Shown here one piece after another: positions 14,893-28,093 of a DNA stretch of 64,000 nucleotides. Numbering within the stretch: the first letter of the stretch is position 1; the number at the start of each line of letters is the position of its first letter. Below the pieces are notes generated by a model. The model did not search any database, was not told where the DNA came from, and worked only from the letters and a program-made list of their open reading frames with translations. Origin of the DNA: Dipteris shenzhenensis (Eukaryota); NCBI GenBank assembly GCA_047967505.1, contig CM106538.1; one strand, written 5' to 3'. The translations under genes and the position numbers were made by a program.

Positions 14893-14959
<67 letters not shown>

Positions 14960-15160
14960 GGGGAGAGAGGGGAGAGAGAGAGAGAGTCAGGCACTTTAAA
15001 GCCTGCATTCAAGTCCATACAGGAGCTAATGAAGAGAAGCCAAGTATCAACATATTGTCCAATAGGAAAAAATGCACTTCCAAAAGTTCTAAAAATGCCT
15101 AATTTTTGCTTTGCGCAATTTGAAACATTTTTTAGGCTACCCAAAGGGCAGGCCAAAAAG
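14550..15160. repeat. Compound (GA)n/(G)n/(GATA/GACA)n microsatellite block in three related subunits, followed by the second copy of the 170-bp segment
   Basis: Three GGAGA..GTGT.GGAA.ACT heads (~14550, ~14654, ~14850), each followed by purine tracts. Confidence 0.85.
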
Positions 15161-17108
15161 TCTAGCATTGCATCTTGAGGACACACCTATGCATAACCAC
15201 CATAGAGCTTCACTACCACACCACAACTTCCAACACTCTGCGTAATTAGAACATAAGGACAAAGGAGATATGAATCCTTGGTAAAGTAATGAGCCACGGT
15301 GTAGCAACCTTGAGCATTTGGACCGATTCTTCTTTCATCGCAGACAGGATCCACAGCAGGTAAGACTGCCATGCAGTAGATGACACAAGGACCTAGAAGG
15401 TTGGAGCGGTAATCTTGGCCATAATAGAGAAATGCACTTGATGTGGGATTGAGAAATATACGTAGTCTGCAAATTTATAACGGGTTAGTTTCACACAACA
15501 TTAGCGTTTTCTTGTCTCCAACCTTCTTGCCGTCGGATTTCTCCAAGGGGATTTTTATCAGTAGCGTAGGTGGAGCAATAAACAAATGAGACAAGCATCA
15601 AAACAAAGAAATCAATCAATGAGATGAATTAATTCAAGGTGGAGGGGATGGAAAAACCAATCAAGTAAATGAGACCAACCTCATCGTCTTTCAAGTTTCA
15701 ATGAGACAAACGTAATGAGACCAATGAGACAAATTAATTCAAGGTGGCCAAAAGCTCATGTCTATCAGTAGGGTGAGGGGATGGAGCAATCAATCACATC
15801 AGATGAATTAAAGTGGAGCAATCGATTCATATGAGACCAATTAAAATAAGAGTGCAGAAGTGCGAGTGGGCACTCCCTAAATGAGAAAGGAACCAAAATT
15901 TTAAACAGCATTGGCTATTAAAGGTAGGATGTCCAATGATCCACATCAATGGTGAATTTTTAAATGGCATTGGGCTATTAAAGGTAGGATGATCTCCATA
16001 AATGGGAATTTGAAACACACAACTTACACATGGAAATTCATGCAATCTTTCACTATAGCACTACCTCTAAGAAAAAAGTGCTAAAAAGGTGGCAAAACGC
16101 TTCTTTTAATGAAGTTTTACATGAACGGAAGCCTAGATAGATAGCACAAAGACTAAAAGCTAACTTAACATTTTAAGTCATTGAAAATAGATAAAAAATA
16201 TCAAAGATAAGGAAAATCCCCTAATGCAAGGATAAAGGTAGCTAGATGTGGACTGTTAACATCGAATGTATGTTGTGGCTGGTGGTTCAGCTATTTGTCT
16301 TATGGCCCTTTGTTCATTTGAGTTTGTAGTTTCTAAATAGATAGGGTAGAGAAAAGTGAATGTGCGCAAAGTGTGAGGGCAAGGGGACACACAAAACTTA
16401 GAGCAAAACAAATGCTTAAAGAGAGAAGGAAGGGAACTGTGCAGTTCCAATAGTTCTTCTATCACTTAGCCACGGCTTGGATACATTGAGCTTTATGCTG
16501 CACACTACACACTAAGCATGCTTACTTATAAGGAGATCCTAAAATCTAGAAGGACATACCACCAAGAGACCTTTAATGAATTTAACCTATAGTAGGTTAG
16601 GAAATATAACATGATTTAATAATGAGATCAAATAGGGGAAGAGGGAGTCCAAACACTTAAACTCTAGATCCTCATACCCATGACTCTATTTTAACATTTG
16701 TGATGGGTACTACCTCCCACATTTATAATGGCTTGTATTTCCCTTGTCAAAAGAGATGGCACCTTTACATTGTATTGGTTTGGGCTTACAATCTATCTCC
16801 AAACATATCTTCATGGGAGGCCTGTGAGGACATCCTTTTTTGGGTTGGTTGATGCAAGGGTTGGTCCCAATTTGATTGGCAAGAACACATGGCGACCCTT
16901 ACCTACGACGACTACACCTTGTGATTATGATCAATGCCAAGACTTTAACTATGGCATCCTCTAAAGAGAGAAAGCAAGGAGAGCAGCTGACAGACCCCAC
17001 AGTTCCACGAGCAAGAAGGCATTAAATCAATCACCTACTGCTTTTTGCGCTTTCCCTTTAGTTTTACCAAGCTTTCAGTCATTACCTGCTACGTTTACGA
17101 ATGGATAC

Positions 17109-17430
17109 TTGAAGGCTGAAGATGTCGTTGCCATGATGAATGCTGCTATGAGATTGGCCATAGGACAGGCCCTCTCCACCATCTATCCATCATCTCATGC
17201 AGGGTTCATGGTTCAAGCCCCTGTAGGAGTCCAGTTGGTTGAGGCAGGTTATCATGTCTCTTTGGGTGATCATGCATGGAAGATTACTAGAGGCAATCTG
17301 GTTATGGCTAGGGGATCACGGGTTGGATTCTCTTATGCATTGCATGTATCAGGTGTCCAGGATAAGATGCTTATGATTAGTAAGCAGCCATTAGCTAGTT
17401 TATGGTATGCCAGACTTGGACATATGTCTA
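17109..17430 (+). mobile_element. Ty1/copia pol fragment (GAG-pre-integrase region)
   Basis: WKITRGNLVMARG...LWYARLGHMS matches the copia LWHxRLGHMS motif; similarity stops right after it. Confidence 0.75.
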
Positions 17431-17439
17431 CTCCTCTGT

Positions 17440-20400
17440 TTTCCTCAAAGCAACGAGCCACCTACTTCGAAGAGTCAAACAGCTTGGATGGCTGAGGGCT
17501 GCAACACCGGTCATAGCTTGCCTTTAATGCCTGTCCTTCCACGCTCCTCTTGCGATGGCTCATGGTAGCAACCTCAGCCTCTATAGTGACCTAGAAACTC
17601 TACTAGCAGCCTCTATAGCGCACACTGCATAGCCTCTCCAAGAAAGCTACTTCGCCTCCAGCAACGACCAAAGTTCACAGAGCTCCAACTCACTGTGGCT
17701 CCCTCTCCATGCACAACAAAGCTTAAGCTCACGGGCCGCCTCCATTGATAGCTCGTCCATACGGGGGCCGCCTCATGACAAGTGGCTACCTCCAAAGTGC
17801 TCAACGCCTCTCGAGTACCAACAAACTAACGACCGACCAGCTCTGCCCCAGCAATATGACCTTCATACAGGCTCTACAGACTCTTTGACATGTAAGCTTA
17901 GCCAGAAGCTAGCCTTCATCCACGAGGCTCTAGACAATGCGTGACACCTCTCCATTGTCATCAACCTTCAACGACTACACAGGACAGCTCCTTTTTTTTT
18001 TCATGGCAAACTACATGCCTTTCCAACAGCCAAACGGCCGCCTCTGCTCCAAAGCTAGCCACGCCTCTGCACGAGAGACTCCACAGGCAAGCCCCTCTCT
18101 GCACACAGCAACAAACGGCTTTGCAGCCTGTCGCGGCCATCAACGAAATCATCCAGATTTCTGTAAAGATTCTGGTGCCTCTCCAACCGACACGTGGTAG
18201 ATCAAATCTAACCAGGGTTGATGAAGATGACCTTAGGTTAGGCTATTGATTAAGAAGAGCTCCCCGTGGCAACCCTATCCCAAGGTAACCACTCAATACA
18301 AGAGTGGTCTACGATTTGACACGTGGCAGATTATCTACCACATCAGTAAGCGCGCCTAGCTGCCATGTCATCTACCACGGTGGTAGCCACATCATCACCC
18401 CAGCTTAGTAGGACACATCACCCTACCAACTCATCAGCCATGTCATAACTACCACATCAGTATAGCCACATCATTAGTGCCACATCATCATTGCCATGTC
18501 ACCTTTGTTGACATCATCATTTGCCACACCATCAGTGCCATGTGGCACACTGGACCTCTGTAGGCACACATAGTGCTTCACAGTCACTGCATGTGCCACC
18601 TCAGCATAGGGCTCCACTGGCACACCTCTTGCTAGGCACAGTGCCACATCATCTCTGCATGTGACCCACAGTGACACATCATCTCTGCATGTGACCCACA
18701 GTGACAGATCTTCATTGAGCACCATTTGCACTCCTTTTGCCCCTCCACTAGATCAAGTTGTATCTCTTGATCCAGGAAGAATTTGAGGGCACTCCAAAAA
18801 GGAAAGTCGCTCATTTTTTCGTGCTCTACTCGCTCATTACATCATGCACACATTTCAGTGCAAGTTACACTCACATTTGAGCCTCACCCTGACAAAACCA
18901 CTTCCTTCACGCACATTCGCCTCTACATCGATGCATCTGACCCAGTACTTAAAAAGAACAAAAGAAAAGGAATAATTTGTTGTTCTTTCATCGATCGACG
19001 ATTGGTATAGAGGGGACACTTTGAATTTCCCCAAGTTGCCAATCTAAGCCATGCCCAAAATTCCTGACTAGTACCTACTCGGAGTCAGTCCATATGCTCA
19101 CATACGGTTTCACATCATTACATTACCTGAAACCTTACAGTCATCAATTTAATGACCAGACCTCAGAGAGTATAGAGGCATTGCAGATTGTTTAAGTGGG
19201 CAGATATAGCACTTGATTTCACACACACATGCCACCATTGTAAAGCCTATTCGGTTATCTCACAGCATCATGCACATCATTTCAGCCTTGTAAAGCCTCT
19301 TGGCTATTCCCGGCATCATTGCCACAAGCCTTGTAAGACATATTAGATTTTATATATTACAGTTCTATCTTCACCGACAGTTCAGAGATTTCACTTGGCA
19401 CAATTAGTGTATTTGCAGTTGATTCATACAGAGATTTTCACGATACTTTTAAGTACATTCCTTGCACCATGTGTATGACTAGCAACCTCAATCTGGAGGC
19501 ATCTGCTAAGTTAGACAACTCCAATTATGGTACATGGAAATACCGAATGGAGACCATTCTTGTACTTTAGGACAAATGGGAGTATGTCGAAGGGTCTACA
19601 CCTAGACCATTGGACGATCCAGCCACAAATAGCTCTACTCCATCTATTGTCACATCACCAACAATGGGATCTATAGCTACACAAATAGTTTCTGCACCTG
19701 TAGCAGATCCTGCCATCACGCGAGCTCAGGCAGAATGGGATAAGAAAGACAAGTACGCCTATCATCTGATCAAGCAGAATGTGCAAGATGTCATGCTAGG
19801 ATAGCTCAACATAGTCAAGACATCGAAAGAAGCATGGGATATGTTCGCAGCTCTCTACGAGTCCAAGAACACATCCAGAATTCTCACACTAGGAAACTAG
19901 ATCAACCAGAGTTTCCACAATAGCACCGAAACCGATTATGCTTATGTACTCCGCATAAAAGACTACAATAATCAACTTACAGCAGCAGTAGGAGAGACTA
20001 TGAACCCCGTAGAAATGGTTAAAGTCATCTTGAATGGACTAGGAGAGGGATATGAGAATCTAGTCCAGAGTATTGCCATTCAATGGCAAATTCCAACATT
20101 GGAAGAACTTCAGTCAGTTCTACTTAGTGAAGAACTACTCAGGCAATTCAAGCACGTAAAGGTCATTCTAATGATCAGGCATTCATAGCTTCAGAAAGAA
20201 GTAGAGGCAGAGGTAGAGGTAGATCATATCAGAGAAGTGGTCATCATCAGCAACAAAATCAAAGTCAGCATCAACATCAGCATTAGCATCATCGTCAGCA
20301 GCATCAAAATCAGCATAGAGGAAATCATTCCAATCGAGGAAGATTTCAAGGATGAGGGAATGCATCCACCAACATGTTAAACATCCACTGTAATTACTGT

Positions 20401-21974
20401 CACAAGTTTGGACACTATGAAAGAGATTGCCGCAAGAAGCAGTACGACCAAGGCGGTCAATCCAATCGAGGGAATTTTCGAGGTAGAGGAAATCATTATG
20501 GTGGACATTCTAGTCACAGTCATTTTGCAAATGAACATGGAAATATGTTTCTTGCAAGTGAGGAAATGCATCAGACTGATACAGGTACCCAGACACTGAT
20601 TTCAATCCCAAAGAGGACTTCAGCTATCAAGTTGACCAAGTGGAATAGGATCCTTGGTATATCAATAGTGGTGCATCATCTCACATGACAAATTATTAGG
20701 AATGGTTCACAGAAATGAAGCCATTAGAAGGTCAGAAAAATGTCATCTACACAGCAGACAATACACCGAATCCGGTTCAAGGGATAGGTGTTATCCCTAT
20801 GAACAATTTCACTGGTACAAAAGGATTGGTGAAAGATGTGCTCTATGTTCTGAAGCTCAACAAGAACCTTTTGTCATAAGTAGGACAAATGACGGAACAC
20901 AATTACAGAGTCATCTTCGACGGTTATGAATGCAATATTAGAGATAAATCCAAAAGATGTCAGCTAGTAGCAAAAGGTGTCAAGGAAGGATGCTTATATA
21001 GAATGCTAGCTATAGTACCAAATAAGCATGCCATGTCAGCTCAACCGCAACAGATGCCACTATCTACAAAATGGCACAAGAGACATGGTCATGTCAACTT
21101 CAAGTACTTGTTAGATCTCAAGAATCAGAATATGGCAATTGGGATTCCAAAGCTACAGTTTCTTGGAAAAGTTTGCAAAGCATGCTACTTCGGCAAACAA
21201 AAGTGAACCAACTTTGGCAGAAGTACCTCTCGTGCACGAGGTATTCTTGATTTAATTCATACAGATGTATGGGGTTATGCCTAGACCCGCAGCATCAATG
21301 GTTCACTTTACTACTTGACTTTCATCGACGACTATAGTAGATATTGTTGGGTCTACTTTCTGAAAGAGAAATCTGAAGTGTTTTTCAGATTTCAAGAATT
21401 CAAAGCCATGGTAGAAAACTAGACAAACAGAAAGATCAAGCTCATGAGATCAGATAGAGGAGGTGAATACATGTCTTCAGCATTCATGAACTTTTGCAGA
21501 AATCACGGCATTTGAAGACAATTCACATGTGCAGATACTCCTCAGCAGAATGCAAGAACTAAAACAAAGAATGGGACTTTAGCAGATAGTGCTAGAGCAA
21601 TGCTTAGTGAAAAGCATCCTCTGAATCAGTATTGGGCAGAAGCAATAGCTATAGCAAACTACTTGCTTAATTGGCTTCCTACCGAACTCATACAGGGTAT
21701 GACTCCTTATGAAGCATTCACTTGACACAAGCCACGCATTGGGCATCTCCGCATATTTGGTTGCATAGCATATGCCCACATACATGATGATCATCATAGG
21801 AAATTGGATGCAAAGTCATGCAAATGCATCATGGTTGGCTACAGTGAAGAAAGCAATCTAACCCTAACCCTAAATGGGTGTGTATATTTTCTATTTTTTC
21901 AACTGTACACGTGCTCTCTAGATGTGCCCTCTCTCCTCATCTCCACTCTTCTCCTCTCCCCTCATATTTTGTCA
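17440..21974 (+). mobile_element. Internally deleted Ty1/copia element: long repeat-rich 5' leader, gag-PR-INT, RT/RH missing, partial 3' LTR (21857-21974)
   Basis: Leader ~18300-19335 is homologous to the reverse complement of 63209-64000. 21857-21974 matches the LTR piece at 48739-48890 and ends CATATTTTGTCA. 5' boundary uncertain. Confidence 0.75.
19469..21855 (+). pseudogene. Copia gag-pol pseudogene (gag, CCHC knuckle, protease, integrase, SH3-like)
   Basis: Motifs KLDNSNYGTWKYRME, CNYCHKFGHYERDC, WYINSGASSHM, WHKRHGHVN, LIHTDVWG, SDRGGEY, TPQQN, KLDAKSCKCIMVGYSEES in copia order; many premature stops. Confidence 0.92.
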
Positions 21975-22008
21975 CCTGTAATGTCCCAACCCTACCAACA
22001 CTAAGAAC

Positions 22009-23820
22009 CATGGAGAAGAGGTTGGCCGAAGTGGTACCCTACAATAGAAAAATCCATTGAGGAGAGGTGCCACTCAATAGAGTGAAAGATCCACAACTGG
22101 CAAAAGCAGCTCGGGTCATTACACTACTAGCACAAATCCAATTGACAGAGCACCATTTTGTCATCCTCCCAAACCTCCTACTGTGACTATACAAGCCGAA
22201 GACCACTAACTAAGTAGACTTCTTTTACAAGGAGATCATTAGCATCTGTCAACATGGCGAGAAGATCGATAATGCAATGTTCTTGATGCCCATCATCCAT
22301 CACCTTTCTGCTAACCCCATCCCAGAAGGCTAAGGAAATACGGATATAGATGTCAGATTATTAGCAACGCCATCCACCTGATCGATGCCAACAAAGAAAA
22401 GAAGGGAAGAAGAGGCAATCAAAATGGCCCAAGAAGCAAAAGTAGCCAAGAAGCTCCAAGAGGAGGAAGCAGCCAGAAAGCTCAAAGCGGAAGAAGAGGC
22501 CCAAAAACAAAGGGAGGAAACAGAGAAATGGGAGCGAGACCTCCTAAGGCAACAAGAGGAGCAAGAAAAACTCTAGGTAGAGAACAAGCAAAAGAAGGCG
22601 GAAGAAGCACAGCAAGCTATGAGCGAGAACACTGGCTCAAGCAACCGATAGGTCCTAATGAGAAGATCACCAATTTTGATCCAGGATGCTTAAGAGCCTA
22701 ACCCCTTGCCATCTACTTAACAACAGGGAATAGCAAACCCCTCTCTAGGCCCCCTTCATCCCAAGTGTTTGTACCAACAGGCAATGGAGTACTGTACATT
22801 GACTTCATACAACTCCATTGAGGGGTTCAGGGATTTGATACAACATGATCAAAATCTTGATATAAAGGAGCTGGCCTTCCTATAGTCGATCGATGCTCTC
22901 ATGGTCGCATCACAAAATGTCCTGTTGTGATGTAAGGAGGCCTTTAGACTACAACACCAAGAGACACTCCAAACCTTCTACTAGCTCAAGAAGACAACAA
23001 CCACACTCCAAAAGGAGCATCTAGAATGCTTGGTGGTGGAAGCCTCAGTACTCTAGGTGATTGAAATTGGATGCCGATATAGATATCCTCACCCTTTGCT
23101 ACCACCCCATCATCTACAATCTTATGGCATGGTGAAAAGTGCTTAAAGACTCGGCCAACTATCTCATGGCAATGCCACTATTAGAACTAGTAAAACCTTG
23201 AAGCTCTAGAAGACCACCAAATCCTGCCATCCCAACATAATCCAGCGCAGTCTGGAGTGGATGTAGGCGTGTAGTCACAATGAAGCTGAGTACATCTTCG
23301 ACTACTTATTTCGGGTAGCAAGCAAAAGATACCCACCACCTAGAATTAGTGTTATGTATAATAATATCATGCAAGCATTACAAGATATGCTCCAGAGTGG
23401 CATTAGCCAGTTTGATGACTCATATGTAGCTTACCCCATGGAAGTCCATGACCATGATATGGACTTAGTCTGGGATCTTTTTTCCTCTGCACCACCACCA
23501 CCACCACCACCACCGCCCTCACACCCAGACACATCACTAGGCATAGGCGCAAGCTCCATCATAACAGGCACTCACCTACGCATGGCCACCACCTCACAGC
23601 CATCCACTTCACAGCATGAAGCTGAGACCATGCAAAAGTAGCCTGTCGATGGACAAGAACAACAAGACATGGGAACAAAGCACTAGTATAATATTCTCAA
23701 ACCCATGCTCTTGTTAGAAATTGAAGGGTCCTATGAAGAGGAGCTAGAGGAAGAAGTGGCACAGCAACCACCAAAAGAATAGGACCAGCCGCGCAAGGCT
23801 CCACCCCAACCACAACACTT
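22009..23820 (+). pseudogene. Decayed ORF of unknown, probably TE-associated protein (coiled-coil and poly-Pro segments)
   Basis: Fragments MPTKKRREEEAIKMAQEAKVAKKLQEEEAARK... and ...APPPPPPPPPSHP... are separated by frequent TAG/TGA codons; no recognisable domain. Confidence 0.4.
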
Positions 23821-24056
23821 GGTATGAAGCCATCACATCATTCTGGTTGGTCGAGGATGTGGCAGATGTCAACAAATCAAAAGGGAAGCTACAGAGCTTT
23901 CATATCTCTATGAAAGATATTCTAGAGGTGCGAGGCCTCAGTAAATGTTGTCTCTGTGCCAACATGGACTTAGGTAGAACAAAATGTGTGCGTAGAGTAG
24001 CAACAAAGCTCCGCTTGTACTTGCATAAAGGCTAGAAATAATCCCTCTTAGAAATC

Positions 24057-24593
24057 CAACATGCAAGTTCTACATGCGAGTTTTACATGCAACTCCTACA
24101 TGCGAGTTCTACATGCGATTTCTACATGCAACTCTTATATGCAAGTCCTACATGCGAGTCCTACATGTGAGTTCTACATGCCACTCCTACATGCGAGTCC
24201 TACATGCGAGTTCTACATGCAACTCCTACATGCGAGTCCTACATGCGAGTTCTACATGCAAATCCTACATGCGAGTCCTACATGCGAGTTCTATAGGCAA
24301 CTCCTACATGCAAGTCCTACATGCGAGTTCTCTATGCAACTCCTACATGTGAGTCCTACATGCGAGTTCTACATGCAACTCGTACATGCGAGTCCTACAT
24401 GCGAGTTCTACATGCAACTCCTACACGTGAGTCCTACATGTGAGTTCTACATGCAACTCCTACATGCGAGTTCTACATGCAACTCCTACATGCGAGTTCT
24501 ACATGCGACTCCTACATGCAACTCCTACATGCGAGTTCTACATGCAACTCCTACATGCAACTTCTACATGCCTTTCCTACATGCAACTCCTAC
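24057..24593. repeat. 13-bp minisatellite, about 40 copies, CTACATGC(GAGTT/GAGTC/AACTC)
   Basis: Direct reading of the tandem units; it explains the repetitive ORFs 24061-24786, 24074-24352 and 24440-24682. Confidence 0.95.
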
Positions 24594-24599
24594 ACCTTC

Positions 24600-24880
24600 T
24601 GACTGCTTCAAGTTGCCACCTGCAGGTACACATTCTCCGGCTCCTCTTCTTTGCCGAAATACTCAATCATTGCTGCTATTAACCTTGGCCAGCTTTAGCG
24701 AACGTCTTCAGCCTGCTTCTCATACCACACTTGAGCCAAACCCTCTAGAAATGTGGGAAGAACCAACAGCCATCTATCTTCAGTAAGAAAGTTGAGAGAA
24801 ACACAGCGGTGCTTGAAGGCCACAAGATACTCATTTGGATTTTCTTCAACCCATCCACAAAACATGGGAATGTCAGCCAT
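24600..24880 (-). pseudogene. Ty3/gypsy gag N-terminal (capsid) fragment, truncated at the minisatellite
   Basis: MADIPMFCGWVEENPNEYLVAFKHRC...LPTFLEGLAQVWYE...W..L...F matches the retrotransposon gag pattern F-x-G...P..(Y/F)L..F...L.G.A..W(Y/F). Confidence 0.8.
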
Positions 24881-25139
24881 GCTTGGAAAATGGAAAAGAG
24901 AGAGATGAAATGAGGCTTATCTATGGGCAAACAATGGAAAGAGGTAGCTTGAACTGAAAATTAGGTGAAGATACATCCACAAAGCACACATAGGCAGGGT
25001 AGGTGTGATTGGTGTATTGTGAAATACTACCCGGGAAGAATTTTCAGCATAGAATAACTCATAGACAATCTTAAAAGGACCAACCCTCATGATATCACAG
25101 CCATCTTTACAAGCGAGGGTTAGAGACGCGGCGCTGCAT

Positions 25140-26576
25140 GAGGTTGTTCATCAAGGCAAACAAGAATGCCATGACAAATGTCAACAGTTGGAGAGCTTGC
25201 ACAACACCTTTAGCTCCTTCTAGTTCTTGTAGTTGCCATGCTATTTCTCTAAGGGGTGTGCGGTCTGGCATCCTTCTTTTGAGCAATGTCCTTGAGGACC
25301 TTTTTGATGATCTTTCGAAGTCGGTAAACTCGTATCAAGTATGCCCAATACTTAGTTTCATGATGACCACAACATTTGCATTCCTTACAAATGATCACCC
25401 TCCTTCATGGCTTGCAGCTTTGTTGGGGTGGTGCTTCCACTCGCGTCATGCGTGATTAAAGTACAAGCTTCACGTGCCAAGAAATCAGCAACTATATTTT
25501 GAGCTCGAGGGATATGTTGAATTTTTACCTCTTCAAATTGGTTGCAAAGTTCCAATGCTTGTTGATGTCGTGGAACCAAGCCTTTGCTCCGCACCTTCCA
25601 CCTTCCACTAACTTGTTCACACACTAGTTGAGAATCTCCTTGCATCTCAATTTACTTGACATGATGTTCTTGTGCCTTTTGTAGCCCAAAAATGAGTGCT
25701 GAGTACTCAGCTTGGTTGCAAGTACTTGCAGGTTCAAACTTGCTATAACAATACTCCTCACCACCTGATGAAGTGAGCTTCACACCCACGCCATCAGCCT
25801 TGGTCGAAGGTTTGTAAGCTCCATCAAATTGAAGGATCCAAGATGTCATCACACCAAGAATAAAATCCGGACATCCCAAGTTTCTCGGTAGTCCAAGATA
25901 GGTAGAAGGAGAGGGTGGGGAGAATTCAATACTTGAGCCAAACATTCAGTACCAAATAAACTTGCAATCCTTTGTTGATAGTTTATCTTTAGACCAAAAA
26001 GAATTACAACTTGAAGCTCAAAATGAGGCACAAAGGGTTGATTACGTACAAAGGGATTCCTTGGTTGAAACATTACCAACCATAGTCGAGCCCTAGAAAC
26101 CTTTGTAGTGAGATTGAGAATAAACCATTCAAGATGCGCTTATCCACAGGAATTAATAAGCAGATGCACCAAATCTCCTCCCAAGCTTGGGGAGCATCCC
26201 ACCCTTCGAAGAAGGACACCCTTTTAGTTACCTCCGAAGCAGCAAGTAGCTCGATCATCGCACAATGAGTAGAATTAAAATCAAAGTTCTCCCAATGTAT
26301 CACTAGTTCTTCACCTTGAATCATCCACAGTGTATCATCCCACCCGTCGTCTCCTTGAACAATGCATTGGACAATCAGCTGTTGAAGGTCGACATGAAGA
26401 TCAAGAAAGAGATCTTGCCAATTGGTAGCCGTAATGAGTGGAGGACCAGGCACCAAATCCTTAAACTCATCGAGAAGTGACATAAATATCCACCCTGCTC
26501 TGTGTGGCGTGCATCCGTGAAGTGAACTTGGAAAAGTTCCGAATCGGTGATCTAGTAGGAGATGTGAATAGAGCAC
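25140..26576 (-). pseudogene. Disrupted ORF: unknown N-terminal region, archaeal-type RNase HI (aRH, RVT_3-like), CCHC-like motif
   Basis: WILQFDGA...GVG...TCNQAEYSALIFGL...(one stop)...GDSQLVCEQV.G.W.V...HIPRAQNIVADFLA retains all four RNase HI acidic residues (~25450-25845). CKECKCCGHHETKY follows in another frame (~25355-25395). Confidence 0.85.
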
Positions 26577-26721
26577 ATGAAATGAAATACTTTTGCTTTT
26601 TACAGCAAGAGGAAACTCCCCACGGTTAGAGAGTTACAGTTCCCGAGATTTCAATATATAAGCAAAAATCATTACATTTTCATCACTTCCTACTTGTTGG
26701 CCCAATGATAAGTCTCCCTTT

Positions 26722-28093
26722 TGTGAAGGGGGAGGTCTTGGATGCATGGAGGTGTACATAGTGGACACGTGAATGCACGTGCAGGAGCTCAGAGGGAGCA
26801 CCGATGTTGCAGTTCTGCAGATGCGATCGGTACGAGCAGAAGATTCGCCAGCCAGAATACACGTAGGGACCGCAAGCAAAAAGCAGGCCGACTGGAAGCG
26901 TAGAAGTAGGGAGGTTTTGCAGCCGTAGAGACAAGGAAGGCATGTAGTTTGGAGGTGCAAAAGTAGAGAACTGCACACGAAAGAGGCCGCAGAGCCGCAC
27001 CTAGTCGTAGGAGTAACAGATTTTACACCACTAGCCATGGAGATTTTGATCCCAGCAAGAGGAAAGGAGAATGTGAGGGCAAAACGTTATCATGGGAGGG
27101 GAAAAGGGATTAGAAGGGGAGGGAATGAAGAGGGAGACTATGGCACAAGGGGAAAGGGAGAGGGGGATGTACATGATGGGAAGAGGAATGTAGAGATGGA
27201 GACATCAAGGGAAGAGGGTCATGCTTTATTTGAAAGGAAGGATGGGGGAAATATCAAAGTACTAGCTAGGTGGCTTTACAAGAATGAGCGTGTCTCATCA
27301 AGGAATAGCCCCCTCCTTTTATAGCCAAGAGAGGGGGTCTCTCCCAATAAATGCATCCTCCCACATGCATGGTGTGTGTGGAAAAGTCTCCCATGTGGGC
27401 TAGGTGATTATGCACTCTCAATTGTGTGCGACAACCCTTTGCCTCATTTTTCCACATAAATCAAGCCCCATATCTCAAGTCTATGATACTCCCTTGGTCT
27501 CTCCCCAATTTTATAATACGTTCAAACCTCTAGGAGGACAAGTGGAGGGTTGGCACAAGGAATCTTGCCACCTCATCCTACTTTCCCCATTATTTAACTT
27601 GCTCTCTTGGACCTTCTATACCTCCCCCACATGGGCCTGTCCTACATGGAGGGAATAACCCAATATAATATCCATCTCCACCTATTTTATATTACTTCTC
27701 CCATGGACTTTGGGCCATATCTCACTAAATGTAGCCTAGGTGGAGGGGTGGCACATGGAGGAGCCATGCCACCTTACATTTTATAATATTACTACCATGG
27801 ATTATGTACATCACACCTTATGGGTCCTCTTACGTGGAAGGGTGGCACATGGTCATGCCCTGCCACCTCAACCCTGGGCCCTATGCACACCATATTTTAT
27901 TATACTATTGCCACACATACAAACACACACATATATTTATGCCTTTTTACTTTGGTCAAATTTATCCATAACACCACACAATCACCTTTCTACCATCAAC
28001 AGTCTCATCAATAGACCTCATCTAACATGCAAGTCAGGATCCATCCAATGTCCTGAGCTCACACATGGCTTCTCCTCAAATGGGGGCCTTACA
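26722..28093 (-). mobile_element. Putative ~1.37-kb 5' LTR of the aRH/gag gypsy element
   Basis: On the minus strand it begins TGTAAGG (28093) and ends CCTTCACA (26722), an imperfect TG..CA inverted terminus. It contains a TATAAAAGG followed by a CT-rich tract. No second LTR or clear PBS seen. Confidence 0.5.

Noticed and set aside
13041-15186. ORFs rich in ER/LS dipeptides
   Set aside because: Translations of (GA)n microsatellites.
16254-16696. Solo LTR (TGTTAA...TTAACA)
   Set aside because: The flanking 5-mers (TGGAC/TTTGT) do not form a TSD and there is no second copy in the window.
21857-21874. Telomere-like CTAACCCTAACCCTAAA at a deletion breakpoint (telomere healing)
   Set aside because: The same tract is part of the copia LTR, as shown by the homologous copy at ~48865-48890.
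22009-23820. env-like extra ORF of the upstream copia element
   Set aside because: It lies outside the 3' LTR end at 21974, so it belongs to flanking sequence.
24061-24786. 241-aa repetitive ORF (LLHASPTCEFYMQ)n as a real protein
   Set aside because: It is the translation of a 13-bp minisatellite that is almost free of stop codons; its tail is antisense to gypsy gag.
25385-25945. Host or horizontally acquired RNase HI gene
   Set aside because: It has an internal stop, no introns, and lies between an LTR-like region and gag on the same strand; better explained as retroelement aRH.
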